A stretch of DNA of 64,000 nucleotides from Pelagibacteraceae bacterium (GTDB lineage Bacteria > Pseudomonadota > Alphaproteobacteria > Pelagibacterales > AG-422-B15): contig JAYNZW010000007.1 in assembly GCA_038103905.1 (NCBI GenBank), positions 5,777 through 69,776 on the forward strand, in the 5' to 3' direction. Shown in pieces: positions 37,061 to 46,505 of this stretch. Numbering within the stretch: the first letter of the stretch is position 1; each line of letters starts with the position of its first letter. Below the pieces are notes generated by a model, which was not told the origin of the DNA, ran no database searches, and saw only the letters and a program-made list of their open reading frames with translations. A program made the translations under genes and the position numbers.

Positions 37061-38629
37061 TCAGAAAGCTCTATCTTTTATTAATTGGATAGTTCTATCT
37101 ATTCCGTAAATTGCTACAAATGATCCAAATCTTGGGCCTTCAGTTTTTCCAAAAAGCACTTGATAAATCAAACTAAACCAGTCACGTAGATTAGTAAAAT
37201 TATAATCCTTTCCAATTTGGTATATTTCTGTCTGTATTTCTTCTGCGCTATGCGCACCTGTCATTGCCGAGAGCCTTTTAATAAGATCTTCAAAGATTTT
37301 TAGCTCTTCTGCGCTTGGTTTTTTATATGAAACTGAGGACTTAGTAATATCATTATAATAGTTAATAACACCATCAATTAGTTTCAAAATGAATTGAAGA
37401 CTCTTATCATCAATATTTCCCACGTATTTTCTAACAAAGTCTAATATTAAATTTGGATCATTGCTTCCACTTGCTGAAACTAAGTTTAGTATCAGATTGT
37501 AGCTAATGGGCATATTGCCTAAATAATTAATTCCATTAGATATATGCCAGTAAGGATTTTCAATTTTTTGATCTAAAGATTGCTCTTCAAATTTATTAAG
37601 ATGTGAAAGAAATTCATCTGTTGATTTAGGTATAACTTCTAAAAATAATTTTTTTGCTCTCCTAGGATTTTGATACATAAAATAAGTTAATGTTTCTTGT
37701 GGTGCATAAGATAACCAATCTTCAATACTCAACCCATTACCTTTTGATTTTGATATCTTTTCACCATTTTGGTCTAAAAATAGTTCATAAAAAAAGTTTT
37801 CAGGAGGATTTCCACCAAGTGCTTTACAAATTTTTGCAGATAGTTGGAATGTTGGAATAAGATCCTTTCCGTACATTTCGTAATCGATACCCAAAGCTAT
37901 CCATCGCATAGCCCAGTCAACTTTCCACTGCAATTTACAGTTACCATCTAGCACAGAAACTTCAACTTCATCTCCACTTTCATCATTATACACAACTGAA
38001 TAATTCTCAATATTGGTACGTAAAATCTCTACCTCCAAAACCTTATTAGTTTTTTTACAAATTGGTAAAAATGGACTATAAGTTTTTCTTCGTTCTTCAC
38101 CAAGAGTTGGTAAAATTATATTTTTAATTTTTTCATAATTTTTTAAAACATTTTTTAATTGCTCATTAAAAAAACCACTTTTATATAAATCTGTTGCACT
38201 TTTAAAATTATACCTAAATCCAAAATCATCTAAAAATGCCTTTAGCATTGAGTTATTGTGTTCACCGAAGCTATCATATTTTTCAAATGGATCAGGTACA
38301 CTTGTTAGAGGTTGATTTAAATACGTTTGTAGCTTCTCCTGATTAGGAACATTATCAGGTATCTTTCTAAGTCCATCCAAGTCATCAGAAAAGGCAATTA
38401 AATTTACTTTTTTCTCTGAAATTTTTTCTATAGCATTTAAAATCATGGTTGTTCGAGCAACTTCACCAAATGTACCTATATGTGGAAGTCCACTAGGACC
38501 GTAGCCAGTTTGGAGATTAATTTCTTCTTTTGAGCTCTTTTCAATACGACTTAATACTCTATTTGCCTCAATAAAAGGCCAACACTTAGCTTGAGATAAT
38601 AATTCGATAATTTCTGGATTTTTAGGCAT
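37061..38629 (-). CDS. lysK: Lysine--tRNA ligase, class I
   Basis: 522 aa. HIGH-type motif PHIGTFGE and KMSKS-type motif KISKSKG. Class I LysRS is typical of alphaproteobacteria. Confidence 0.9.
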   Translation of the reverse strand: MPKNPEIIELLSQAKCWPFIEANRVLSRIEKSSKEEINLQTGYGPSGLPHIGTFGEVARTTMILNAIEKISEKKVNLIAFSDDLDGLRKIPDNVPNQEKLQTYLNQPLTSVPDPFEKYDSFGEHNNSMLKAFLDDFGFRYNFKSATDLYKSGFFNEQLKNVLKNYEKIKNIILPTLGEERRKTYSPFLPICKKTNKVLEVEILRTNIENYSVVYNDESGDEVEVSVLDGNCKLQWKVDWAMRWIALGIDYEMYGKDLIPTFQLSAKICKALGGNPPENFFYELFLDQNGEKISKSKGNGLSIEDWLSYAPQETLTYFMYQNPRRAKKLFLEVIPKSTDEFLSHLNKFEEQSLDQKIENPYWHISNGINYLGNMPISYNLILNLVSASGSNDPNLILDFVRKYVGNIDDKSLQFILKLIDGVINYYNDITKSSVSYKKPSAEELKIFEDLIKRLSAMTGAHSAEEIQTEIYQIGKDYNFTNLRDWFSLIYQVLFGKTEGPRFGSFVAIYGIDRTIQLIKDRAF

Positions 38630-38786
38630 TTTCGCACTTGTTATTATACACTAACTTATTAAACACAAATTTAAAAAAACTTACTTTTTCATGGTTTTTT
38701 AGATTAATCAGTATATTTAAATATTGCATCAAGTAATTAATATATATAAAAACTGCTTTTTGATATAAAAATCATTTTCATCACTT

Positions 38787-39392
38787 ATGAGCAAAAAAGT
38801 AAATAAGAAACCATCGAGAAAAGAAGCTGAAGAAGCTGTTCGTACATTAATTAAATGGGCTGGCGATGATGTAAATCGTGAGGGTTTAATTGATACTCCT
38901 AAGCGAGTAGTTAATGCATACAATGATTGGTTTTCTGGTTATAACGAAGATCCAAAAGAAATTTTAAAAAGAACTTTTTCTGAGACTGGTGGGTATGATG
39001 AAGTAATAATGTTAAAAGATATTAGAATCGAATCCCATTGTGAACATCATATAGCTCCATTCATTGGAAATGCCCATGTAGCATATCTCCCTAATAAACG
39101 AGTTGTCGGAATAAGTAAGTTAGCAAGAATTACTAATATATTTGCTAAGCGAATGCAGGTTCAAGAAAAGTTAACATCAGAAATTGCTACTTGTATTCAA
39201 GAATGCTTGAAACCTAAAGGTGTTGCCGTAGTCGTAGAAGCTCAACATGAATGTATGACTACTAGAGGTGTTCACATGCCAGGAATATCAATGGTAACAA
39301 GCAAACTTCTAGGAAAATTCAGAACTGATGCATCTACTCGAAGAGAGTTTTACAGTATGCTCAATCAAGGTCCTATACTCAGAAAAAACTAA
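38787..39392 (+). CDS. folE: GTP cyclohydrolase I
   Basis: 201 aa. [11 protein letters not shown] and [13 protein letters not shown] motifs. Confidence 0.92.
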   Translation: MSKKVNKKPSRKEAEEAVRTLIKWAGDDVNREGLIDTPKRVVNAYNDWFSGYNEDPKEILKRTFSETGGYDEVIMLKDIRIESHCEHHIAPFIGNAHVAYLPNKRVVGISKLARITNIFAKRMQVQEKLTSEIATCIQECLKPKGVAVVVEAQHECMTTRGVHMPGISMVTSKLLGKFRTDASTRREFYSMLNQGPILRKN

Positions 39393-39412
39393 TATAAAAT
39401 TATTTACAAATA

Positions 39413-40864
39413 ATGCTGCATTTTAAATTAATACTTAATGTATTAGGCATATTGCTTATTGCAATTGGAATATTGATGTTCATTCCTTTGATTTTTGATC
39501 TTGTTTATCAAAATACTTCTTGGTTTTCTTTTCTAATTAGCGCGCTGATATCAGTTTCTTTTGGCATTGCTCTCTTCCTATCTACAAGAGGTAGCAATAA
39601 AGAAAGACTCATTATGCAGGATGCCTTTCTTCTAACATCTTCTTCCTGGTTACTAATAGCACTATTTGGTTGTATTCCATTTTTTTTATCTGAGACAAAT
39701 ATGAATTTTACTGACTCTTTTTTTGAGTCAATGTCTGGTGTAACTACAACAGGCTCATCAGTTATTCAAAATATCAGTGATATGTCAGAAGGTATTCTCA
39801 TTTGGAGAGCTCTATTGCAATGGGTTGGTGGTGTAGGTATTATTGTAATGGCCTTAAGTATACTTCCCGTACTACAGGTCGGTGGCATGCAGGTTTTTAG
39901 GGCTGAGTCCTCTGATACTACTGATAAAATATTACCTAGAACAGCGCAGATTTCTACTGCAGTAATTGCAATTTATTGTGTTTTAACTTTCTCTTGCTTT
40001 GCTCTTTATTGGATCTTTGGGATGAACGCGTTTGACTCTTTTGCTCATGCAATGACTACAATAGCAACTGGGGGATTTTCTACAAAAAATGAATCGATTG
40101 GTTTTTTTAATAATTCATATATTGAGTATACCTCTGCAATTTTTATGATTTTAAGCAGCTTACCTATTCTTATATATTTAAAATTTTCTAAACAGCAATT
40201 CAAATCAGTCTTTAATGATACTCAGGTAAGAGCATTTCTTATTATTATTTTCACTAGTGTTATCTTGGTAATTTTTTATCTATGGCTAAATGATATTAAA
40301 AATTTAAATGAGTCTATCAGACACGGCTTTGTTAATGTTACTTCAATAATAACAGGAACTGGCTATACAACTGATAACTATAATTTATGGGGACCATTTC
40401 CAATTTATCTACTTTTTTTTGGTATGTTTATTGGAGGGTGTGCAGGATCAACAACCTGTGGGATAAAAGTTTTTCGATTTCAAATCTTATTTGAAACATT
40501 CAAAAATCAAATACAGCAATTATTGCACCCTCACGGAGTGTTTGTTCCTCATTATAATCATAAGAAGTTAGAAAGTGACGTAACTACATCAGTCATGAGT
40601 TTTTTCTTTGTTTTTATTTTGGTTTTTGTCGCTATAACTTTATTATTATCAATGACGAATCTGGACTTCGTTACATCACTGTCAGCGGCTGCTACTTCTT
40701 TAGCAAACGTTGGTCCTGGCTTAGGTTCAACAATAGGACCTGAAAGTACATTTTATAGTCTTTCGGTAACAGCAAAGTGGATACTCATCATCTCTATGCT
40801 ATTAGGTAGACTTGAACTATTCACTATTTTAGTTTTATTTCTTCCTGCTTTTTGGAGAAAGTAA
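39413..40864 (+). CDS. trkH: Trk-type potassium uptake membrane protein TrkH
   Basis: 483 aa of multi-pass protein with repeated pore-loop TGF/TGG motifs (TTTGSS, ATGGFST, ITGTGYT). There is no trkA in the window. Confidence 0.88.
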   Translation: MLHFKLILNVLGILLIAIGILMFIPLIFDLVYQNTSWFSFLISALISVSFGIALFLSTRGSNKERLIMQDAFLLTSSSWLLIALFGCIPFFLSETNMNFTDSFFESMSGVTTTGSSVIQNISDMSEGILIWRALLQWVGGVGIIVMALSILPVLQVGGMQVFRAESSDTTDKILPRTAQISTAVIAIYCVLTFSCFALYWIFGMNAFDSFAHAMTTIATGGFSTKNESIGFFNNSYIEYTSAIFMILSSLPILIYLKFSKQQFKSVFNDTQVRAFLIIIFTSVILVIFYLWLNDIKNLNESIRHGFVNVTSIITGTGYTTDNYNLWGPFPIYLLFFGMFIGGCAGSTTCGIKVFRFQILFETFKNQIQQLLHPHGVFVPHYNHKKLESDVTTSVMSFFFVFILVFVAITLLLSMTNLDFVTSLSAAATSLANVGPGLGSTIGPESTFYSLSVTAKWILIISMLLGRLELFTILVLFLPAFWRK

Positions 40865-41773
40865 TTAAAGACACCATTTCAATATCTCTTTTTGTATGTG
40901 AAGTCTATTTTGTGCCTCATCCCATACAACTGATTGTGGACCATCAATAACATCTGAGGTTACTTCTTGCCCTCTTTTAGCAGGCAAACAGTGCATAAAA
41001 ATACAATCATTTCCTACAAGATTCATTATTTTCTCATTAACTGTATATTCACCTAATTCAGAAATAATTTTTTCTTGTATTTTTTCTCCCATTGACTCCC
41101 AGGTATCAGTTATAACTACATCTGCTCTACTAATATCTTTTATATTATTATAAATTTTAATTTTTTCTAAATCAGGTTTTACATTATACATCTCACATTT
41201 TTTGCTATATTCATCGATATAATAATCATTAGTAAAGATACTTAAGTTTATACCAAGATTTAAATTTGCAATCTCAATCCATGATCGAGTTACATTTGTG
41301 ATAGGACCAATCCAATTAACTCTTACGCCATCTAAGCCTGATTTTTTTTCATAAATTGTCATTAAATCTGCTATTGCTTGACATGGATGCGAAAAATCTG
41401 AAAGACCATTTATAATTGGTATTGATGAAAAACTTGCCATTTGTTGAATAGTTTCGTGTGATTGAGAACGATACATGACTATATCCACATATTGTGACAT
41501 AGTTTTAGCGGTATCACTTATACTTTCTTTATTATTGCCTAAATGTAATTTATTTTGATCAATCACAATACACTGGCCTCCAAGCTTTCTCATTGCAACG
41601 TCAAAAGATAATCTGGTTCTGGTAGAAGGCTTTTCAAAAATTGAAGCAAGAATTTTACCATCGGCAAAATTCTTGTCGTCATTTTCTTTATTAGACTTTA
41701 TGTTGATCGCATTAGAAATAAAACTCTGAACTAAATGATGATCTACATCATAGATTGATAAGAAATTATTCAT
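40865..41773 (-). CDS. argF: Ornithine carbamoyltransferase
   Basis: 302 aa. STRTR, HPCQ and HCLPA motifs. Confidence 0.9.
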   Translation of the reverse strand: MNNFLSIYDVDHHLVQSFISNAINIKSNKENDDKNFADGKILASIFEKPSTRTRLSFDVAMRKLGGQCIVIDQNKLHLGNNKESISDTAKTMSQYVDIVMYRSQSHETIQQMASFSSIPIINGLSDFSHPCQAIADLMTIYEKKSGLDGVRVNWIGPITNVTRSWIEIANLNLGINLSIFTNDYYIDEYSKKCEMYNVKPDLEKIKIYNNIKDISRADVVITDTWESMGEKIQEKIISELGEYTVNEKIMNLVGNDCIFMHCLPAKRGQEVTSDVIDGPQSVVWDEAQNRLHIQKEILKWCL

Positions 41774-41775
41774 AG

Positions 41776-42939
41776 TTAACTCAGTTTTTTACAAGCTTTT
41801 CTGATAATAGATAAAGCGACATCACAGTCTTTTATTGAAATATTAAGTGGTGGAAGAAGCCTAACAACATTATCTGAAGCTTTTATTGTCAACATTTTAT
41901 GATTCCTTAACTCATCAACGAATGCTGTGTTTTCAATTTTACATTTCAAACCTAAAATTAGACCTTTTCCTCGAACTTCAGCAATAATTTTAGGAAAATC
42001 ATTTATTATTTTAGATAATTCATCTATCAAGTAATTTGAGGTTTTACTTAAATTAGAAAAAAATTCTGAGTCCATTAATTCAAGTACAGATCTTCCCACA
42101 GAACATGCTAGTGGATTTCCACCAAATGTTGATCCATGAGTACCATGACCCATAGTTTCACCAACTTTTTTCGAGGTCAAACATGCACCAATAGGAAAAC
42201 CATTGCCGAGCGCTTTTGCAATTGTCATAATATCAGGAACAATTCCACTCCACTGATGAGCAAACATTTTTCCTGACCTTCCAATTCCACATTGAACTTC
42301 GTCAAATATGAGTAAAATATTTTTCTCATCACAAATTTTTCTTAAACCTTCCAAACAATGCTCTGGTATTACAGATACTCCACCTTCACCTTGAATGGGC
42401 TCTACAAGTATAGCAGCAACATCTTGATCAATAACTTCTTTAAGAGCTTCATGGTCACCAAAGGGTAGATTAATAAATCCATCGATTGATGTATTAAAGC
42501 CCTCAAGTTTAGAAGGTCCTCCAGCAGCAAGAGCGCCTAGAGTTCTTCCATGAAATGACCCTGAAAATGTAATTATCTTATTTTTTGTCACTGAGCCTTC
42601 TGTAGAATAAAAATATCTTCGTGCAATTTTTATTGCAGCCTCTATTGACTCAGTCCCTGAATTACAGAAAAAAACGTAGTCTGCAAAACTTAATTCACAT
42701 AGTTTTTTTGCAAGCACTTCTTGTTCAGGAATATTGTACACATTTGATACATGCCATAGTTTTTTGGCTTGCTCAGTCAGAGCATTATTTAATACTGGAT
42801 GAGAATAACCTAATGAATTTACTGCTATACCTGATCCAAAATCTAAATATTTGTCTCCATTTTGTTCAATTAGATAAGATCCTTCACCGTTAATAAATGT
42901 AAGATTTGACCTTGGATAAGTTTTTAAAATATTTGTCAT
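41776..42939 (-). CDS. argD: Acetylornithine aminotransferase
   Basis: 387 aa of class III aminotransferase (DEVQCGIGRSGK, PLP lysine in TIAKALG), located next to argF. Confidence 0.85.
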   Translation of the reverse strand: MTNILKTYPRSNLTFINGEGSYLIEQNGDKYLDFGSGIAVNSLGYSHPVLNNALTEQAKKLWHVSNVYNIPEQEVLAKKLCELSFADYVFFCNSGTESIEAAIKIARRYFYSTEGSVTKNKIITFSGSFHGRTLGALAAGGPSKLEGFNTSIDGFINLPFGDHEALKEVIDQDVAAILVEPIQGEGGVSVIPEHCLEGLRKICDEKNILLIFDEVQCGIGRSGKMFAHQWSGIVPDIMTIAKALGNGFPIGACLTSKKVGETMGHGTHGSTFGGNPLACSVGRSVLELMDSEFFSNLSKTSNYLIDELSKIINDFPKIIAEVRGKGLILGLKCKIENTAFVDELRNHKMLTIKASDNVVRLLPPLNISIKDCDVALSIIRKACKKLS

Positions 42940-42940
42940 A

Positions 42941-43708
42941 CTAATGTCTTAATTTGTATCCACTTTGTAAAACGAAATAGGAAAAGAACAACAGAATAAT
43001 AAAACAAATTACTAAAATTTGCATTGAAACCATAAGTTCAACATCACTTGAACCTATAAAACCATAACGAAATCCATCAATCATATAAAAAAAAGGATTA
43101 AATAGACTTAGATTTTGAATAAATTCAGGGAGTACTTTAATTGAATAAAACGTCCCAGATAAAAAAGAAAGAGGAATGATAATAAAATTATCTACTGTGC
43201 CTAGATGATCCCATTTGTCAGCCCAAATTCCAGTTAGCAAACCTATTAATGAAAGAATGGCAGATGAAAATACTGCAAAAAATAAAATTATACCAAAACT
43301 ATATGTTTCTATTTGAACAAAAGGTGACATAAAAATAGCAGAGGCCATAGCAACTATTAAACCTCGAGTAATACCAACAAGTATAAAAGTAACTATAATT
43401 TGAAAATTTGATATGGGAGGCATTAATAAATCGACAATATTGCCTTGAACCTTAGACATTAGTAATGATGATGAGTTATTCATGAATGCATTTTGTATAA
43501 TTGTCATCATGATTAATCCTGGAAATAAAAAAGTTTTAAAATCAGTAACTATAAATTCATTTCTAGAAGTTCCAATTGCGGTACTAAAAATTATCATGAA
43601 TAGAAGAGTAGTTGCGGCAGGTGCTAATATTGTTTGACCAGGTATCTTAGTAAATCTTCTAAGCTCTTTGATATAAAGAGTTATAAATCGAATATAATAT
43701 GCACTCAT
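42941..43708 (-). CDS. ABC-2 type transporter permease
   Basis: 255 aa with six TM helices, ABC-2/YadH-like. It ends 1 nt before the argD start. No ATPase gene is adjacent. Confidence 0.8.
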   Translation of the reverse strand: MSAYYIRFITLYIKELRRFTKIPGQTILAPAATTLLFMIIFSTAIGTSRNEFIVTDFKTFLFPGLIMMTIIQNAFMNNSSSLLMSKVQGNIVDLLMPPISNFQIIVTFILVGITRGLIVAMASAIFMSPFVQIETYSFGIILFFAVFSSAILSLIGLLTGIWADKWDHLGTVDNFIIIPLSFLSGTFYSIKVLPEFIQNLSLFNPFFYMIDGFRYGFIGSSDVELMVSMQILVICFIILLFFSYFVLQSGYKLRH

Positions 43709-43895
43709 AAAGTCTATTTAAATAAATTGTTAAAAAAGTCATTAATAAATAGATTTCAATTTTTACCTTTAATATATGAATTCATTTATCTTTTTACAAA
43801 AAACAAAGAATTCATATAAATTTTCCATATATTGTGTATTTGTATTGCAATATTCCTATATGTGGTGTTAAATTTGATCAACTTTTGGAGGAAAT

Positions 43896-44345
43896 ATGGC
43901 TTGGACACATGAAAAAATTGAGGTTTTAAAAAAACTTTGGGATGAGGGACTGACAGCAAGCAGAATAGCCCACGAAATTGGCGGTATGACAAGAAATGCT
44001 GTAATTGGTAAAGCTCATAGATTGGGCTTGTCTGGGCGTATGCAGTCTAAAAGTAAAAATTCTTCTATCTCAATAGTTAGAAAAAAGAAAAATAGTCCTT
44101 ACAACAAAAAAATTGTTGAAATTTCAACCCAAGTCGATGAACCAATGAACCCTACTCAATTTCTTGATATAAAAGATGGTATGTGTCGCTGGCCTTTAGG
44201 GGAACCGGGCGAAAATGATTTTAAGTTTTGTGGTAGAAAAACAAATGAAAAAGTTTACTGCGAACATCATCATACGATGGCATTTCAACCGCTTACATCA
44301 ATTAGAAGTCGAAAAAAAGTTAGTAAAAAATTTAGAATTGCCTAA
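43896..44345 (+). CDS. gcrA: Cell-cycle regulator GcrA
   Basis: 149 aa. N-terminus MAWTHEKIEVLKKLWDEGLTASRIAHEIGGMTRNAVIGKAHRLGL and a conserved C-terminal CRWPLGEP...FCG...YCEHH region. GGAGG lies 5 nt upstream of the ATG. Confidence 0.9.
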   Translation: MAWTHEKIEVLKKLWDEGLTASRIAHEIGGMTRNAVIGKAHRLGLSGRMQSKSKNSSISIVRKKKNSPYNKKIVEISTQVDEPMNPTQFLDIKDGMCRWPLGEPGENDFKFCGRKTNEKVYCEHHHTMAFQPLTSIRSRKKVSKKFRIA

Positions 44346-44428
44346 ATAATTGATAGTAAAAAACTCAACCCTAAAGAAAATAAGAGTATCAAAATTAAAA
44401 CAACAATTACACTGTTTTGTAAGCTCAT
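44342..44428 (-). CDS. Candidate 28-aa hydrophobic small protein
   Basis: Not in the ORF track. It reads MSLQNSVIVVLILILLFSLGLSFLLSII (one TM helix). The ATG is preceded by TAGGAGACAAAT, in which TAG is the stop of the upstream M48 gene. Its own stop overlaps the gcrA stop. There is no homology evidence. Confidence 0.35.
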   Translation of the reverse strand: MSLQNSVIVVLILILLFSLGLSFLLSII

Positions 44429-44437
44429 ATTTGTCTC

Positions 44438-45523
44438 CTAATTACTTTTATATTTTGGCATTAAATTGACACCTCTATCAAGTTGATCTTGTACTTCTTT
44501 TACATATGTTTCAAGTCTTACATATCTCTCACTAGTTGAAGGATGAGTTCCTCCACCTGAGTATATTGAGTTTGGCACCTCAACTGCAAATCGTCTCCAA
44601 AAATTTGGAGCTTTAGAAATATCGTAGCCAGATAAGGCTAATATATAAACACTTAAGTAGTCTGCCTCATTTTCATAATCTATAGAGTAAGAAGTAGCAC
44701 CAATATTCGCTCCTAGATCCATGGCATCAGCTGGATTAGCTCCAATTGCAATTCCTAAAAGTAAACCAACTAGAGCGCCTGTATTGGCATTTTGAATTTT
44801 ATCCGCGACATGATGGTTGGCATTATGCGCAAGCTCATGAGCGAAGACAATGGGTACCCCCATTTCATCTTGAAGAAGCCATTTTGCCATACGCAGTGAA
44901 AATACAATATTATTTCCATCAGCATATGCATTGAAAGTATTATTGTCTAAATCGATCGCGTAATTAAATCTGCATCTTGCTTCTGTTAGTATGGAAAAAT
45001 CATTTTCACTACCATTACGAGAAATTTTAAGATTAATGGTTGACGCATTTTTCTTACTTACGTGTTTATAAAAATCATAAATTGCTTTATCACCACTAGG
45101 AGCTTTTTTACCATTAATTTTGATTATTTCATCTCCAATCCTTAGTCCATTTCTTGCAGCGGGGCTATCGTTTCCAATAGCAACAATTTTTAGACCATCA
45201 TTTAGATTTAATATTGAATTGATTTCATCTCTTATCGGTTCTGGAGCATCAAATTTTGTTGCAACATCCACACCTAAACCAAATATTATATCTTCCCCTT
45301 TACAAAATTCTGAAGCTTTGTAAAGCATATCAATTCCAATAGGCACAAAAGATTGATAAGTTCTAAGCCAACTATCAGCAAAAAGTTGATTTTGAATTTT
45401 TTGTTCATCAATTGATAGCTGCTGATCATAACTAGGCAATGAAGATTGAGGTTGAGCACAACTGAATAGAAAAAATAAAATTAATAAAATTGAATATTTA
45501 CTATTTTGATAATAGAGCATCAT
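44438..45523 (-). CDS. M48-family zinc metalloprotease lipoprotein with PDZ domain
   Basis: 361 aa. Lipobox LFSC, PDZ-like segment SPAARNGLRIGDEIIKING, HELAHNANHH zinc motif, and a C-terminal THPSTSERY M48 motif. Confidence 0.85.
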   Translation of the reverse strand: MMLYYQNSKYSILLILFFLFSCAQPQSSLPSYDQQLSIDEQKIQNQLFADSWLRTYQSFVPIGIDMLYKASEFCKGEDIIFGLGVDVATKFDAPEPIRDEINSILNLNDGLKIVAIGNDSPAARNGLRIGDEIIKINGKKAPSGDKAIYDFYKHVSKKNASTINLKISRNGSENDFSILTEARCRFNYAIDLDNNTFNAYADGNNIVFSLRMAKWLLQDEMGVPIVFAHELAHNANHHVADKIQNANTGALVGLLLGIAIGANPADAMDLGANIGATSYSIDYENEADYLSVYILALSGYDISKAPNFWRRFAVEVPNSIYSGGGTHPSTSERYVRLETYVKEVQDQLDRGVNLMPKYKSN

Positions 45524-46388
45524 CTCTTTTTTTTTCTTTTTTTATCATGATTAGTGAGTGAATGAAAATAATCAATACAATTATTGATCCTCCAATCAGC
45601 GTATTTCTTGTTGGTTCTTCAGCTATAAAAAACCAAACCCAGAGGGGTCCAAAGGCTGTTTCGAGTAGAAAAAAAATACCAACTTCAGGAGAAGTTACAT
45701 ATTTTGGAGCAATAGTTATAAAAAGAAAAGACACACCAACAGTGATAATCATCAATAACGAGAATAATAGATCAAATCCTCCAATAACTAAAGTAGATGC
45801 AAAAGGGAGAGCTACTACTGCTGTTAAAAATTTAGCAAATATATAGGAGGGAACAAAATTTATATGATTATATCGTCTCATTACTGTCAAACTAGCTCCC
45901 ATACTCAAAGCGCATAATAATCCAAAAAAATCACCAAGAAATCGTCCCATTTCATAGGACTCATAAAATATAAAAATAATAGTTATTAAACATGCAATCA
46001 TACTTAACCAAGTCAATAATAATGGCCGCTCATTTAGAAAAATTGCTGAGAACAATGCTGCGGCTAATGGAATTAGACTGATCATTATTAATGCATTAGC
46101 AACATTTGTATTCGCCACAGCAAAAATAAAAGTGATATTTGAAAAAAGAATAAATAAAGCATTAATGACTCCTGGAATACCCATATCATAAAAGTCATTT
46201 AGGGTTTTGCCTTTGAATAAAATTAGATACCCGATAAAAAGAGCAACTGAAGGAAAAAGTGAACGATAAAAAAGAGCGCTCCATGTATCTAAACTAATAA
46301 GTCTAATCAAGAGAGTATCAGGAGTTATTATCATTACTCCAATAAATGCAAACAATGTTCCTTTTTGAGTATTTGTTAAGTTCGTCAT
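45501..46388 (-). CDS. EamA/DMT-family transporter
   Basis: 295 aa with about ten TM helices and a duplicated EamA pattern. Confidence 0.8.
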   Translation of the reverse strand: MTNLTNTQKGTLFAFIGVMIITPDTLLIRLISLDTWSALFYRSLFPSVALFIGYLILFKGKTLNDFYDMGIPGVINALFILFSNITFIFAVANTNVANALIMISLIPLAAALFSAIFLNERPLLLTWLSMIACLITIIFIFYESYEMGRFLGDFFGLLCALSMGASLTVMRRYNHINFVPSYIFAKFLTAVVALPFASTLVIGGFDLLFSLLMIITVGVSFLFITIAPKYVTSPEVGIFFLLETAFGPLWVWFFIAEEPTRNTLIGGSIIVLIIFIHSLIMIKKEKKRDDALLSK

Positions 46389-46398
46389 AATTTAATAG

Positions 46399-46475
46399 TG
46401 GTGCGCCGGGAGAGATTCGAACTCCCGACCCCCAGATTCGTAGTCTGGTGCTCTATCCAGCTGAGCCACCGGCGC
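46399..46475 (-). tRNA. tRNA-Arg (anticodon ACG), CCA encoded
   Basis: Minus strand reads GCGCCGGTGGCTCAGCTGGATAGAGCACCAGACTACGAATCTGGGGGTCGGGAGTTCGAATCTCTCCCGGCGCACCA. It folds by hand into a 77-nt cloverleaf: 7-bp acceptor stem, anticodon loop CUACGAA, T-loop TTCGAAT. Confidence 0.95.
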
Positions 46476-46505
46476 AATCATTGAAATATAGCATAATAAA
46501 ATATA

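Noticed and set aside
38630-38786. Possible riboswitch or structured leader in the lysK-folE divergent spacer, and similarly in 26201-26400.
   Set aside because: The sequence is almost pure A/T, with no GC-supported helices and no match to riboswitch cores I can recognise (THF, preQ1, glycine, SAM). Divergent promoters explain it better.
43730-43745. CtrA-box-like TTAA...TTAA element upstream of gcrA.
   Set aside because: The spacing is N8, not the N7 of the TTAA-N7-TTAA consensus, and TTAA pairs are expected by chance in DNA this AT-rich.
46399-46475. tRNA-Arg as an integration hotspot or genomic-island boundary.
   Set aside because: There is no integrase, no direct repeat of the tRNA 3' end, and no phage or mobile genes on either side. 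The flanks are ordinary membrane-protein and housekeeping genes.
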